From an uncultured Gammaproteobacteria bacterium (lineage in GTDB: Bacteria > Patescibacteriota > Microgenomatia > Levybacterales > GWA1-39-11): a stretch of DNA of 64,000 nucleotides. Below are positions 1-10,141 of this stretch, piece by piece. A program made the translations under genes and the position numbers. The stretch is from NCBI GenBank assembly GCA_964472415.1, contig CAYYLC010000002.1:164783-228782 (forward strand), in the 5' to 3' direction. The notes under the pieces were generated by a model. It was not told the DNA's origin, ran no database searches, and saw only the letters and a list, made by a program, of their open reading frames with translations. The number at the start of each line of letters is the position of its first letter. Within the stretch, counting starts at the first letter, position 1.

Positions 1-810
1 TCCAAGATACGAATCCTCTTCATCACCGACTGGCGTATCAAGAGATGCTGGCTGCTGGGAGATTTTAATAATCTCTCGTGCTTTATCTGGCTCGATCTCC
101 AGTTCTTTTGCGATTTCTTCAGGGGTTGGTTGTCGACCAAGCTCTTGCATAAGTCGACGTTGTACACGCATAAAACGATTGATATTTTCGACCATATGAA
201 CCGGGATCCGAATCGTTCGTGCCTGATCAGCAATAGCTCTTGTTATGGCTTGTCTGATCCACCACGTAGCATAAGTTGAAAATTTAAACCCTTTTTTCCA
301 GTCATATTTCTCAACAGCCCGTATGAGTCCTTGATTCCCTTCTTGAATAAGGTCAAGAAGCGTCATGCCACGACCAACGTATTTTTTTGCAATAGAGACG
401 ACGAGTCGAAGATTTGATTCTACGAGTTTCTTGCGAGCTGCTTCTTCACCATTTTCAATTCTTTTCGCAAGATCTACCTCTTCATCGAAGGTCAAAAGAG
501 GAATTCTCCCAATCTCTTTTAGATACATTCTAACCGGATCAGAAACTGCAACACTGCTGAGGAGGTTTAGTGACTCAAGCTCTTTTTCAAGATCTTCAAT
601 TGCTCTTTTTGCCTCTTTCTCCTGATCAACGCTTTCGAAAATATCAATATTTTTCCGAATAAGTTGATCATAGAGATAGTCAAGCTCTTCAATGTAGTTT
701 TCAGGCTTTGCGAATTTTTTTAAGATTTCGTCCTGAGTGATATACCCCTTTTTTTTCGCGGATTTGAGCAGTTCATCGACGTTCTCATTTTTGATAGCTC
801 CAGCTCGCAT
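1..810 (-). CDS. rpoD: RNA polymerase sigma-70 factor RpoD (N-terminal part in window; C-terminus runs off window start)
   Basis: Reverse-strand translation from ATG (rc of 808-810) gives ...[60 protein letters not shown]..., which are sigma-70 regions 2-3. It lies directly downstream of dnaG on the same strand, the classic dnaG-rpoD arrangement. It is absent from the ORF track because it is truncated at the window edge. Confidence 0.85.
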   Translation of the reverse strand, partial: MRAGAIKNENVDELLKSAKKKGYITQDEILKKFAKPENYIEELDYLYDQLIRKNIDIFESVDQEKEAKRAIEDLEKELESLNLLSSVAVSDPVRMYLKEIGRIPLLTFDEEVDLAKRIENGEEAARKKLVESNLRLVVSIAKKYVGRGMTLLDLIQEGNQGLIRAVEKYDWKKGFKFSTYATWWIRQAITRAIADQARTIRIPVHMVENINRFMRVQRRLMQELGRQPTPEEIAKELEIEPDKAREIIKISQQPASLDTPVGDEEDSYLG

Positions 811-858
811 AGTCCTATATTTTAACTGATATAGCCATTTTATTCAATCCCGAATGCT

Positions 859-2634
859 CTATAGTAAGGATGCTTTCGTGAGTTCCTCTGCAGTTTGGGA
901 GAATTGTTTTTGGAGTTCTTCAATCTTTTCTGGGTTTTCTGCTTTTTCCTCCTCCTTTAATGCGTTTGAAATAGCCTTTAGCTTTCGTTTTAGAGACAGC
1001 TTTATGATTTCACGAATTGTTCGCTCCAGTTCTTTCGTGCGCGCAATATCAGATTCAAATTTTGGGAGTGGTTTTAGATATGCGAGGTCAAATGCTTTCG
1101 TGAGTTCAGGTGAGAGTTGTTTTCCAAATTTCTGGGGATCAAATGTATTGCTGTGTTTGAAATATTTACAAAGTGCTTCAAATACTTTCTGATTGGCGCC
1201 AGTAGAAAAATATTTTGGCTTCATTAAAGACTCGGAAAGTACGAGTGCGTCATATGGGTTTTCGTTTTGGACGATAAGTCCTAAGAGATGTCGCTCAAGC
1301 GCCTCTTCACGAGTAAGTGGGATTTTTTGAAAAACTGGAGACGGTTTTTTAGGAGTCATTTGTGCTTTCTCTATTTCTGTGGAAACTGATTCAAATGATG
1401 TGTCAAGAAGAGATGCAAGTTTTTTTATATAGTGCTCTTTTACAATCTCGTTCGTAATCGCTTTTATAAAAGAGCGGACTTTCGTAAGAATGTTTTTCTT
1501 TCCATTTACTGTTTTAGGATTCTCCTCAGAAAGAGCTTGGTCGATGATGAAGTCATAAATGCTCTTTTCGTGCTTTAGGGCGATTTTAAATTCTGTAGGA
1601 TTTGTTCTTAAGAGTTCATCTGGATCTTTTCCATGTGGAGGAATAACTACGCTTGAGCTAATCCCCTCCTCTTCAATTAATTGAATTGAGCGTTTTTGTG
1701 CCTCAATTCCCGCGATGTCGGTATCAAAGCAAAATACAATATTTTTTGTGAAGCGCTTGAGGAGATTTATCTGTTCTTCTGTTAGAGCTGTTCCTTTTAT
1801 AGCAACGACGTTTGAAACCCCATGTGCAATTGACGATAATACATCAAACTCTCCTTCCATAAGGATCGCCTTCTGCTCCTTCTTTATCGCATCTTTCGTG
1901 TAGTTTATTCCAAAAAGTGAATACGATTTTTTATAGATGAGCGTTTCGCGAGTGTTAATATATTTGGGTCCTTGAGAGTTGTCATCAAGGACTCTTCCCG
2001 AGAACCCAATAACATTTGAGCGCGCATCAAGAATTGGAAAAATAATTCTATTTCGGAAAAAATCAAATAATCTTCCATTTTTTTCTGTTGCAACACCAGC
2101 GTTGAGAACAAATTGTTTCTCATACCCTTTTTTCTTGATAAGGTATGTCGTGAGCGCATCATAGCTATTCGGTGCATAGCCAAGGAGGAACGTATTGAGG
2201 AGTTTCTCATTAATACCTCGCGTGTTTGTAAGATACGAAAGTGCATTTTTGCCCACGATGTGTTTCGTGAGAATGAAGTGGTAGTATAAGGCTGCAATGT
2301 GGTTTATCTCATAGAGCGTATTTTTTTCTTGGTCAGTCTTGTCGCGAAATGGTGTGGTCGTGAGCTTGATCCCTGCTTTGCCTGCAAGAAATTTTAAGCT
2401 TTCGGAAAATCCAATCCCCTCAATTTCTTCAATAAATGAAAAGTGGTCTCCTCCTTTTTGACACCCAAAACAGTGCCATACTTGGCGTTCAGCAGACACT
2501 ACGAATGATGGGGTTTTTTCACCATGAAATGGGCAAAGGCCTTTAAAGTTCTGTCCTGCTTTTTTAAGGGTAATATATTCTCCAATGAGATCTACGATAT
2601 CAATTTTTTGCTTTATTTTTTCTATAGGGTCCAT
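859..2634 (-). CDS. dnaG: DNA primase DnaG
   Basis: CHC2 zinc finger (CPFHGEKTPSF...HCFGCQKGGD). TOPRIM region (LMEGEFDVL...). 591 aa. Upstream of rpoD on the same strand. Confidence 0.9.
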   Translation of the reverse strand: MDPIEKIKQKIDIVDLIGEYITLKKAGQNFKGLCPFHGEKTPSFVVSAERQVWHCFGCQKGGDHFSFIEEIEGIGFSESLKFLAGKAGIKLTTTPFRDKTDQEKNTLYEINHIAALYYHFILTKHIVGKNALSYLTNTRGINEKLLNTFLLGYAPNSYDALTTYLIKKKGYEKQFVLNAGVATEKNGRLFDFFRNRIIFPILDARSNVIGFSGRVLDDNSQGPKYINTRETLIYKKSYSLFGINYTKDAIKKEQKAILMEGEFDVLSSIAHGVSNVVAIKGTALTEEQINLLKRFTKNIVFCFDTDIAGIEAQKRSIQLIEEEGISSSVVIPPHGKDPDELLRTNPTEFKIALKHEKSIYDFIIDQALSEENPKTVNGKKNILTKVRSFIKAITNEIVKEHYIKKLASLLDTSFESVSTEIEKAQMTPKKPSPVFQKIPLTREEALERHLLGLIVQNENPYDALVLSESLMKPKYFSTGANQKVFEALCKYFKHSNTFDPQKFGKQLSPELTKAFDLAYLKPLPKFESDIARTKELERTIREIIKLSLKRKLKAISNALKEEEKAENPEKIEELQKQFSQTAEELTKASLL

Positions 2635-2710
2635 GCTGATTCATATTGTAACATCGTTTTTTCTAAAAAATCCCTTCATATAGTCCGTAAAAAACATATA
2701 TACTATTTTT

Positions 2711-4237
2711 ATGGTTGCGCGGGTGATGACCTCAGCAGTTATCGGGGTAAACGGATCTCTTGTGGAGGTGGAGACAGATATTTTAAATGGCCTTCCCTCC
2801 TTTACTATCGTGGGGCTTCCTGATAAGGCGGTTGAAGAGGCCCGTGAGCGAGTCCGTTCTGCTATAAAAAATAGTGGTGTTGATTTTCCGGTAAAGCGTA
2901 TTACTGTAAATCTCGCCCCTTCAGATTTACCAAAAGAAGGTTCAAGTTTTGATATGCCTATAGCGATTTCAATTCTTGCAGCCTCTGAGCAGGTCGAAGG
3001 AAATATTGACGATGCACTTTTTATCGGCGAATTATCTCTCAATGGTACATTTAGGCTTACTCGTGGAGTGTTGCCCGCAATTCTCCTTGCAAAATCTCGT
3101 AATTTTAAGAAAGTATTTGTGCCGTATGATAATAGATTTGAGGCGTCAATGGTTGAAGGTGTGGATATTTATGCGGTTGAAAATTTACGAGACCTCTTAT
3201 TATTTTTAGATAATAAAAAGGATTTAGAGAAAATAATAAGTGTAGATTTTGAAAATCTTCAGGCAGAAAGCAGCTATGAATATGACCTCAAAGATATTCG
3301 TGGTCAAGAAATAGTAAAGCGCGCGATGGAGATAGCGGTTGCGGGTGGGCATAATATTTTACTGAAAGGTCCTCCTGGAAGCGGGAAGACGCTTATTGCA
3401 AAAACTATTCCTTCGCTTCTCCCTTCCCTCTCTTTTGAAGAAGCATTGGAAGTGACGAAAATTTATAGTATTTCAGGGTTGCTTGATGGAGACAAATTCA
3501 TGATAAATCGTCCTTTTCGAAGCCCTCACCACACAACATCTTATGTGGGGCTTATTGGTGGAAGTGCAAACCCAAGGCCTGGAGAGATTTCTTTGGCACA
3601 TCGCGGTGTTCTGTTTTTAGATGAATTTCCGGAATTCTCTCGAAATGTTCTTGAGTCCCTCCGACAGCCATTGGAGGATGGTGTTGTTTCTATTTCTCGT
3701 GCAAGGCATAGGGTTTCATACCCTGCGGATTTTATGCTGGTTGCCGCAGCAAATCCTTGTCCATGTGGATATCAAGGAGATAGTGCTCGCGATTGTATTT
3801 GTACATCCCACCAAATACTGAGATACCAAAAGCGTCTCTCAGGACCACTCTTGGATAGGATAGATATTCATGTTGACGTGCCAGCTGTAAGAACAGAAAA
3901 ACTTATGTACGATGGAGAGGTTGAAGATTCGAGTGCCGTTCGTAGTAGAATAGATGCAGCGTTAAAAGTTCAACGAGTAAGATTTAGCAGGGTAAAGACG
4001 GTGATGAACGGTCAGATGAGTGCGCGGGACATTAAAGAGCATATAGCGCTTTCAGACGAGATAAAAGATCTCATGCGACATGCCTCGCAAAGATTAAATT
4101 TATCAGCACGTTCTTTTCATAAAGTATTGAAGGTCTCACGGACAATCGCAGACTTAGACAACAATGCTCGAAATATAGAAAAAGTACATGTTCTCGAGGC
4201 GTTACAATATCGGCCGCGTACAGATGAGGGATTATGA
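2711..4237 (+). CDS. YifB/ComM family Mg-chelatase-like AAA+ ATPase
   Basis: N-terminal YifB domain. Walker A GPPGSGKT, Walker B LFLDEF. C-terminal Mg_chelatase_C-like region. 508 aa. Confidence 0.85.
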   Translation: MVARVMTSAVIGVNGSLVEVETDILNGLPSFTIVGLPDKAVEEARERVRSAIKNSGVDFPVKRITVNLAPSDLPKEGSSFDMPIAISILAASEQVEGNIDDALFIGELSLNGTFRLTRGVLPAILLAKSRNFKKVFVPYDNRFEASMVEGVDIYAVENLRDLLLFLDNKKDLEKIISVDFENLQAESSYEYDLKDIRGQEIVKRAMEIAVAGGHNILLKGPPGSGKTLIAKTIPSLLPSLSFEEALEVTKIYSISGLLDGDKFMINRPFRSPHHTTSYVGLIGGSANPRPGEISLAHRGVLFLDEFPEFSRNVLESLRQPLEDGVVSISRARHRVSYPADFMLVAAANPCPCGYQGDSARDCICTSHQILRYQKRLSGPLLDRIDIHVDVPAVRTEKLMYDGEVEDSSAVRSRIDAALKVQRVRFSRVKTVMNGQMSARDIKEHIALSDEIKDLMRHASQRLNLSARSFHKVLKVSRTIADLDNNARNIEKVHVLEALQYRPRTDEGL

Positions 4238-5088
4238 AAAAGGTAGTTTTTTTTATTTTTTACACATTTTTCATGGTGCTGCTAGGACGCCAGTTGACAT
4301 TTTTGCCAACCTTTCATGCTCCTACGCTAACTTCTCAGAAGACGCTTTCGAATAATGAATTGAGAGACCATATAAAAACGGCTATTGGTGATTTTAAGGG
4401 AGATTATAGTGTTTACTATGAAGACTTGGTAACGGGTGGTGCATTTGGTATTGATCATAATACTGTTCTTACTGCTGCATCGCTCAACAAGGTTCCCGTT
4501 GTATTCTATCTCTACTCGCTCGCGTCAGAACGGAAGATTAATTTAGAAGAAAAAATTGTATTACAGGAAAGCGACATTCAAGATTATGGGACGGGTGTTT
4601 TGCGATATCGAGAGCCAGGAGAGGCATATACGCTCAAACGCCTTGCCGAGTTGTCGTTTCATCATTCTGACAATACGGCAATTCATCTTCTTACCATACG
4701 GTTGGGTGAGGATAATATCCAGAGCTTTGTGGATAATCTGGGAATGGGTGCAACAAGTATTGCATACAATGAAACTTCTCCAAGAGACATGGGAAATTTA
4801 TTCTCGCAGTTTTATATGGGAAAGCTTATGAGCGAACCTCTGAAGCGAGAGTTGATGGATTATTTATCAAATACAGAATTTGAAGATAGAATTCCTCGTT
4901 ATTTAGAGGAGGATGTGGTGGTATATCACAAGACAGGAGATCACGATAATATGGTGCATGATGGAGGGGTCGTAGATGATGGCAAGAACCCTTTCGTGCT
5001 CATTGTGATGTCGCAGGGAATTATTGATGAGGATAATGCACGGGATACAATTGGAGTAATCGCAAAAGAGATTATTGAGAAGCGATAG
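4234..5088 (+). CDS. Class A beta-lactamase family serine hydrolase (possible beta-lactamase or PBP-like)
   Basis: SxxK (SLNK), SDN (HHSDNTA) and KTG (YHKTGDHD) motifs are present at the expected spacing. N-terminal hydrophobic signal-like segment. Overlaps the ComM-like gene by 4 nt. Confidence 0.6.
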   Translation: MKKVVFFIFYTFFMVLLGRQLTFLPTFHAPTLTSQKTLSNNELRDHIKTAIGDFKGDYSVYYEDLVTGGAFGIDHNTVLTAASLNKVPVVFYLYSLASERKINLEEKIVLQESDIQDYGTGVLRYREPGEAYTLKRLAELSFHHSDNTAIHLLTIRLGEDNIQSFVDNLGMGATSIAYNETSPRDMGNLFSQFYMGKLMSEPLKRELMDYLSNTEFEDRIPRYLEEDVVVYHKTGDHDNMVHDGGVVDDGKNPFVLIVMSQGIIDEDNARDTIGVIAKEIIEKR

Positions 5089-5089
5089 G

Positions 5090-5734
5090 CTAGAGTTTTG
5101 AGAGAAGATCTTGGTAGGCAGATTTTGGATCTGGATTCTCCCAGAGGAAGCTCGTTGCTACAAATCGAGTTGCTCCATTTGCGCGCACCTTTTGAATAGT
5201 TGTATCTTTCACTCCCCCGTCTGCTTCTAGAGGGATTTGAGTTTTTTCTCGGAGCGCTTTTATTTTACTGAGCCGGCTATCCATCATTGGGGGGCCTGAA
5301 AACCCTACTTTGTCAGAAGTGTAGATGAGTATGCAGTCAAGATTATCTAGGTGTACATCGTTAAGTTTATTGATAGCTGTGGGCCCGTCAAGTGCGAGCC
5401 CCACTTCTCCTAGGCGTCGTCCTTGGTCTACAAACGCTGTAATATCAGACATTTTCTCAATATGGCCGATGAATCGTTTGAATCCATTTTTTGCAAGCGG
5501 CGCAAGAAAGTCAATTGGTTCTTCTACCATGAGATGTGCTTCGAGAAGTAGTATGTCGCTATACTTTTGGAATGGTTTTGGGTCGAGAAATGTAAGATTA
5601 TTTACAAACTTACCATCGATAAAATCCACGTGAACGCTTTTTGCAAACATTTGTGTTTGAGAGAGTTTTTTTTCAATTTTATCCCAATCTTTTTCTAAGA
5701 TCCCAGGTAGGATTTCTAAATTGTTATGATGCAT
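5090..5734 (-). CDS. rpe: Ribulose-phosphate 3-epimerase-like protein
   Basis: 214 aa with an Rpe-like TIM-barrel pattern (HVDFIDGKFV..., C-terminal GATRFVATS). Overlaps rpiB in the same orientation. Confidence 0.65.
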   Translation of the reverse strand: MHHNNLEILPGILEKDWDKIEKKLSQTQMFAKSVHVDFIDGKFVNNLTFLDPKPFQKYSDILLLEAHLMVEEPIDFLAPLAKNGFKRFIGHIEKMSDITAFVDQGRRLGEVGLALDGPTAINKLNDVHLDNLDCILIYTSDKVGFSGPPMMDSRLSKIKALREKTQIPLEADGGVKDTTIQKVRANGATRFVATSFLWENPDPKSAYQDLLSKL

Positions 5735-6170
5735 GTTCTAATTCTCTTATTTTTTCTATACGTCTCTTATGACGTTCTTCATTGGAGAAAGAGGTTTCTA
5801 GAAAAAGGGAGACAAGCTCCTTTGCCATATCTGAGTTTACGAGCGCAGAGCCTAACGATAAAATATTTGCATCATTGTGTTCCCGGGAAAGTTTTACGTT
5901 TTCTGTATTTACTGCGAGAATCGCACGAATATCTGGAAATTTATTTGCAACGATTGCCTCTCCTGCTCCAGATTTCCCAAAAACAATACCAAACCCTTTA
6001 TTCTGCGACACTTTTTTTGCGGCAATCTGTACGAAATCAGGATAGTCATCGTTTTGATCATACGTATGTGCGCCACAATCAACTACTTTATACCCTTCTC
6101 TTTCTAGATATTGTTTTATTACTTCCTTCAATTCATATCCAGCGTGGTCTGTCGCAAGGTAAATGTTCAT
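5724..6170 (-). CDS. rpiB: Ribose-5-phosphate isomerase B
   Basis: MNIYLATDHAGYELKEVIKQYLEREGYKVVDCGAHTYDQNDDYPDF is the typical RpiB/LacAB N-terminus. 148 aa. Confidence 0.85.
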   Translation of the reverse strand: MNIYLATDHAGYELKEVIKQYLEREGYKVVDCGAHTYDQNDDYPDFVQIAAKKVSQNKGFGIVFGKSGAGEAIVANKFPDIRAILAVNTENVKLSREHNDANILSLGSALVNSDMAKELVSLFLETSFSNEERHKRRIEKIRELEHAS

Positions 6171-7141
6171 AGTTGCTTTACGTGAAGATTCGCATTTTGC
6201 ACTTCATGTTCAATTTGAGAAAACATGAGTTGTCCGGTTTGCGCACCTGGCTGTTTCATTTCACCGAGTGCATTTACTATTCCCCAGCGCATTGCGTCTG
6301 TGATATCTTTTTTATGAAGGTGTGCCGCTAAAAATGCGCCAGCATATGCATCTCCTGCGCCTGTTTTTTCATACCCTTCTGGCTTGGGGGAATCAACATG
6401 ATGTACGGTATTCGCAGAACCTATCGCATAGGCGCCGTTTTCTCCATCAGTTATAGAAAGAATGTCAAAGTTTTTCTCCTTAAGGCTGAGTAGGAGTTTT
6501 TTTGGATCCTTAATTTCCTCACCACCCAATGCTTTATGTATTCTTTGTGCTTCTTCCATGTTGCACAAGAGTATTTTAGCGGTTGATATAGTCTGTATAA
6601 ATACATCATTCATGCTTTTTAGCTGGAGTGATCCAGGCGAAAGTGCGATCGGAATATTGTTTTTTTGGGCGTATGCAAGGACTTGCTCATAAGCGCGCTC
6701 CCACACCTTTCCAATCGAGCTGAGAAATATAAGATCGGGCGTGGTATGTATTTTTGTTTCATCAAAAACGTGTTCTGCAACATTATGGTGAGAGAAGATG
6801 ATTCGGTCTGTTGGGAAATCAAATATAAGAGAAAGCGATCCCGTGGTCGTTTCTATATCTTCTACGATGAGTTCAATTTCCTTTTCTTTCATCTTCTCAC
6901 GAATGTGTTTTGAAAGCGGATCAGTTCCAAGATAGGTATAAAGTGCTGTGGGGATCGAGAGATTATGGAGTGCAGAGGTTACATTTGCACTATTTCCTCC
7001 TAGAGAAAGCGTCTTGAGACTTATCGGGACTTTTGCACCAAGTGGGAGCGTGATTTTTCCATCTGAAATTTCAAGGTGCGCGCTTTTTTCAATTGATACG
7101 AAAAAATCTATTAAGCAGGATCCTACTGATAAAACATTCAT
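6167..7141 (-). CDS. PfkB-family carbohydrate/nucleoside kinase (ribokinase-like)
   Basis: C-terminal PfkB signature GAGDAYAGAFLAA. 324 aa. Overlaps rpiB by 4 nt, so the three genes form a pentose operon. Confidence 0.75.
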   Translation of the reverse strand: MNVLSVGSCLIDFFVSIEKSAHLEISDGKITLPLGAKVPISLKTLSLGGNSANVTSALHNLSIPTALYTYLGTDPLSKHIREKMKEKEIELIVEDIETTTGSLSLIFDFPTDRIIFSHHNVAEHVFDETKIHTTPDLIFLSSIGKVWERAYEQVLAYAQKNNIPIALSPGSLQLKSMNDVFIQTISTAKILLCNMEEAQRIHKALGGEEIKDPKKLLLSLKEKNFDILSITDGENGAYAIGSANTVHHVDSPKPEGYEKTGAGDAYAGAFLAAHLHKKDITDAMRWGIVNALGEMKQPGAQTGQLMFSQIEHEVQNANLHVKQL

Positions 7142-7315
7142 GTGGTTCCTACTGTACCAAAATTAGTACAAAATAAAAAGTCGTATTTGTATCAGTTTGT
7201 AAATTTTTGTATAAGAAGATGTATATTGTAAGGTATCCTATAAATTTTATATAATACCGTTATAGAGAAGCACTGCCCGCGGAAATTATTTGTATAACAA
7301 GATTGTATTTTTAAA

Positions 7316-9559
7316 ATGGCAGTGATAAAGTTTTTGTTTTATTTATTAGCGTATACTTTAATTCGAGTTGGCAATTTTGTTGAGAAGTTTATAGAATTAT
7401 TTATTGATAATATCAAGAGAATTACTCTAAGCATACATAGGCATAGTAAGAACATATTGTCTTATAGTAGGAGGCTTTTTCACTTCCGTTTTCCGAAGAT
7501 TTCATATCCAAAATTTTCCCTTCCTCATATCTCATTTCCGAGACGACAAAAAAAACAGGCTCACATAGGGGTAAACTCTCCGAGAATATTCTCCCGAAAG
7601 CGCCGATTTGTAGTAAACTTCTTTTTCTTCTTTTTTGGGATCTTTTTTTCTAGTATTTTTATTTTTCTTCCAATTTTAGGGTATGTTTTTGTTTCTGATT
7701 TACCCTCTCTGAACAAATTATCTGTAGCATATATCCCTCAAACTACTAAATTATATGATAGAGACGGTGGGTTATTGTATGAGTTTTATGCTGAGGAAAA
7801 CAGGACGCTCGTAGCGCTCTCTGATATTCCAGCACATCTTCGTCAGGCAACGATTGCGATAGAAGACCAGAATTTCTATAGCCATCCAGGGTTTGATTTG
7901 CGGGGAATTGCGCGTGCCTTTGTTTCGAATGTGACTGATGGAGAGTTTCAGGGAGGTTCTACGATTACCCAGCAGTTGATTAAGTCAGCGCTCCTCACTC
8001 CTGACCCTACGATTACGAGGAAGACAAAGGAAGTAATACTTGCCCTTTGGGCTGAGCAGAAATATGATAAGGACGAAATCTTAGAGCTGTATTTTAATTA
8101 TGTGCCATATGGTGGAACTGCATGGGGGGTGCAAGCAGCAAGCGAGGTATATTTTGGCAAAGATGTATCTGAAGTAACCCTTCCTGAAGCTGCATTTCTC
8201 GCAGGCCTTCCTCGGGCACCTTCTGTGTACTCGCCATTTATTAATTCTGAAAATGTGTGGAAAAAACGTCAGTTAACCGTTCTTCGGGCAATGGTGAGAG
8301 ATGGGTATGTTACTCAGGAGCAGGCGGAAGAGGCATATAATCAGAAGTTGGCGTTTGAAGCACCGCAGACTTCTATTAAAGCCCCGCACTTTGTGATGTA
8401 TGTAAAAGATTTTCTTGTTAAGAAGTATGGGCTATACGCTGTGGAGCGCGGAGGGTTGCAGATTACGACAAGTCTAGACTTAGATTTGCAGCAATTTGTA
8501 GAGGCTGAGGTGAGAAAAACTGTTGAGGAGAATAGATATTTAGGGATTGGAAATGCTGCCTCAGTCATCACTGATCCGAGAAACGGAGACATTTTAGCAA
8601 TGGTGGGAAGCAGAGATTTTTTTGATAGAGAGCACGATGGGAATGTAAATATCACGACCTCTCTTCGTCAGCCTGGTTCTACAATAAAGCTCATAACATA
8701 CACTGCAGCACTTGAAAATGGCTATACTGAAGGATCACTAGTTCAGGACAGTCCGATTACGATCAAGATTTCTGGCAAAGAGAGCTATAAGCCAGTAAAT
8801 TATGATGGGCGTTATCATGGAATGGTTCCCCTCCGAATTGCACTCGCAAATTCTTACAATATCCCAGCAGTACGAATTGCCCAAAAGCTTACTCCAGAGC
8901 TTATTCTTGAATATGGACAGAAAATGGGAATTTCTTCTTGGAGAAATGATATGCCATATGGACTTTCTATAACGCTTGGAGGAAATGAGGTTACGATGCT
9001 CGATTTGGCAACTGCATATGGTGTTATTGCAAATAATGGTCAAAAAGCTGAGCTAGACCCAATTCTGGAGGTACGCGATAGTTATGGGAAAGTGTTGAAG
9101 GAGAAAGACGTGCATCCAGTTCAAGTAGTCAGCGAAGGAGCAGCGTTTATTGTTGAGGACATCTTATCAGATAATCGGGCTCGTAGTGGTGCATTTGGGG
9201 CAAATTCACCACTTTATATCCCAGACAAGCGAGTGTCAGTAAAAACAGGGACAACTGATAATAAGCGAGATAACTGGACTGTAGGATTTACTGATAATTA
9301 CGTAGTGGCAACGTGGGTTGGGAACAATGATAACACTCCGCTTTCACCAACGCTTGCATCAGGAATAACAGGTGCTGCCCCACTCTGGAGAGATGTAATG
9401 GAGTCTTTGGTAAAAGATGAAGAAGAGCATGAGGTTGTAATTCCTGAAACAATTATAGAAAAACGTTGTTTTGGGTACGAGGCATACTTTCTTAGCGGAA
9501 CAGAGGATAAGAGTAGGTGCTGGATTCCTCGTCCGTCACCCACCCCTGCTACTCAGTAG
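7316..9559 (+). CDS. Class A penicillin-binding protein (bifunctional transglycosylase/transpeptidase), PBP1A-like
   Basis: GT51 motif QATIAIEDQNFYSHPGFD. Transpeptidase motifs STIK, SYN (ANSYN) and KTGTT. N-terminal TM segment (FFFFFFGIFFSSIFIFLPILGYVFV). The start is uncertain: about 100 aa of N-terminal extension lies before the TM helix. Confidence 0.85.
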   Translation: MAVIKFLFYLLAYTLIRVGNFVEKFIELFIDNIKRITLSIHRHSKNILSYSRRLFHFRFPKISYPKFSLPHISFPRRQKKQAHIGVNSPRIFSRKRRFVVNFFFFFFGIFFSSIFIFLPILGYVFVSDLPSLNKLSVAYIPQTTKLYDRDGGLLYEFYAEENRTLVALSDIPAHLRQATIAIEDQNFYSHPGFDLRGIARAFVSNVTDGEFQGGSTITQQLIKSALLTPDPTITRKTKEVILALWAEQKYDKDEILELYFNYVPYGGTAWGVQAASEVYFGKDVSEVTLPEAAFLAGLPRAPSVYSPFINSENVWKKRQLTVLRAMVRDGYVTQEQAEEAYNQKLAFEAPQTSIKAPHFVMYVKDFLVKKYGLYAVERGGLQITTSLDLDLQQFVEAEVRKTVEENRYLGIGNAASVITDPRNGDILAMVGSRDFFDREHDGNVNITTSLRQPGSTIKLITYTAALENGYTEGSLVQDSPITIKISGKESYKPVNYDGRYHGMVPLRIALANSYNIPAVRIAQKLTPELILEYGQKMGISSWRNDMPYGLSITLGGNEVTMLDLATAYGVIANNGQKAELDPILEVRDSYGKVLKEKDVHPVQVVSEGAAFIVEDILSDNRARSGAFGANSPLYIPDKRVSVKTGTTDNKRDNWTVGFTDNYVVATWVGNNDNTPLSPTLASGITGAAPLWRDVMESLVKDEEEHEVVIPETIIEKRCFGYEAYFLSGTEDKSRCWIPRPSPTPATQ

Positions 9560-10133
9560 CCTTTTGTAGTTCTTGAAGTGTTTTTTGAAGCGCATCTTCT
9601 TGATTGAGATTGTAGGTATTGATTACTAAGTCATAGTATTTCCTATCCCAATATACCCAATTTTTATCATTATTTGCATAGAGTCGTCTAAATTTTTCTA
9701 AATTCTGTTTGTCACGCTCTTTAATTTCATACTTTGCTTGCTCAATAGAAGTGCCATCCCTATTTACGAGACGGTCTATCCGGATATCTGTTTTATCGTT
9801 TCCTTCGCCATCTTCCGTAACCACTAAGATTTTGAATACATCGGGAATTCCCTGTGCGTCATATCCTGCGAGGTGACTTTGGATAATGTGGCCGTTTTCT
9901 TCTCTCAGGATTTTTTTAATTCGCTCTTCATACTCGAGGTCATAATGATCTGGCCGTTTCTCTGTTTCTTCAACACCAGCGCCAATTTCGTCTTGTATTC
10001 TTCTCATGATTTTTCCTCCATCGAGAACATTCCAAGAGAGATTTTCAGCAAGTTTTGTGGCAAGGGTTGTTGCACCACTTCCAATTCGGCCTGAGATGGT
10101 AATATTTCTAATTCTCCGAAGATCTTGTCCCAT
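9549..10133 (-). CDS. Cytidylate kinase family protein (archaeal-type Cmk-like P-loop NMP kinase)
   Basis: P-loop ISGRIGSGATTLA at the N-terminus. 194 aa. Confidence 0.55.
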   Translation of the reverse strand: MGQDLRRIRNITISGRIGSGATTLATKLAENLSWNVLDGGKIMRRIQDEIGAGVEETEKRPDHYDLEYEERIKKILREENGHIIQSHLAGYDAQGIPDVFKILVVTEDGEGNDKTDIRIDRLVNRDGTSIEQAKYEIKERDKQNLEKFRRLYANNDKNWVYWDRKYYDLVINTYNLNQEDALQKTLQELQKATE

Positions 10134-10141
10134 GCCGTATT

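Noticed and set aside
854-2297. Several plus- and minus-frame ORFs inside dnaG (854-1192, 1715-1903, 1905-2297, 1979-2164)
   Set aside because: They are overlapped by the unambiguous 591-aa DnaG reading frame and are low-complexity antisense or out-of-frame artefacts.
7552-7680. Homopolymer tracts (A8 at 7552-7559, T-rich runs) as possible phase-variation sites in the first PBP
   Set aside because: The T-rich runs encode a poly-Phe TM segment (FFFFFF). They are codon-interrupted and short. There is no evidence of a frameshift-prone contingency locus.
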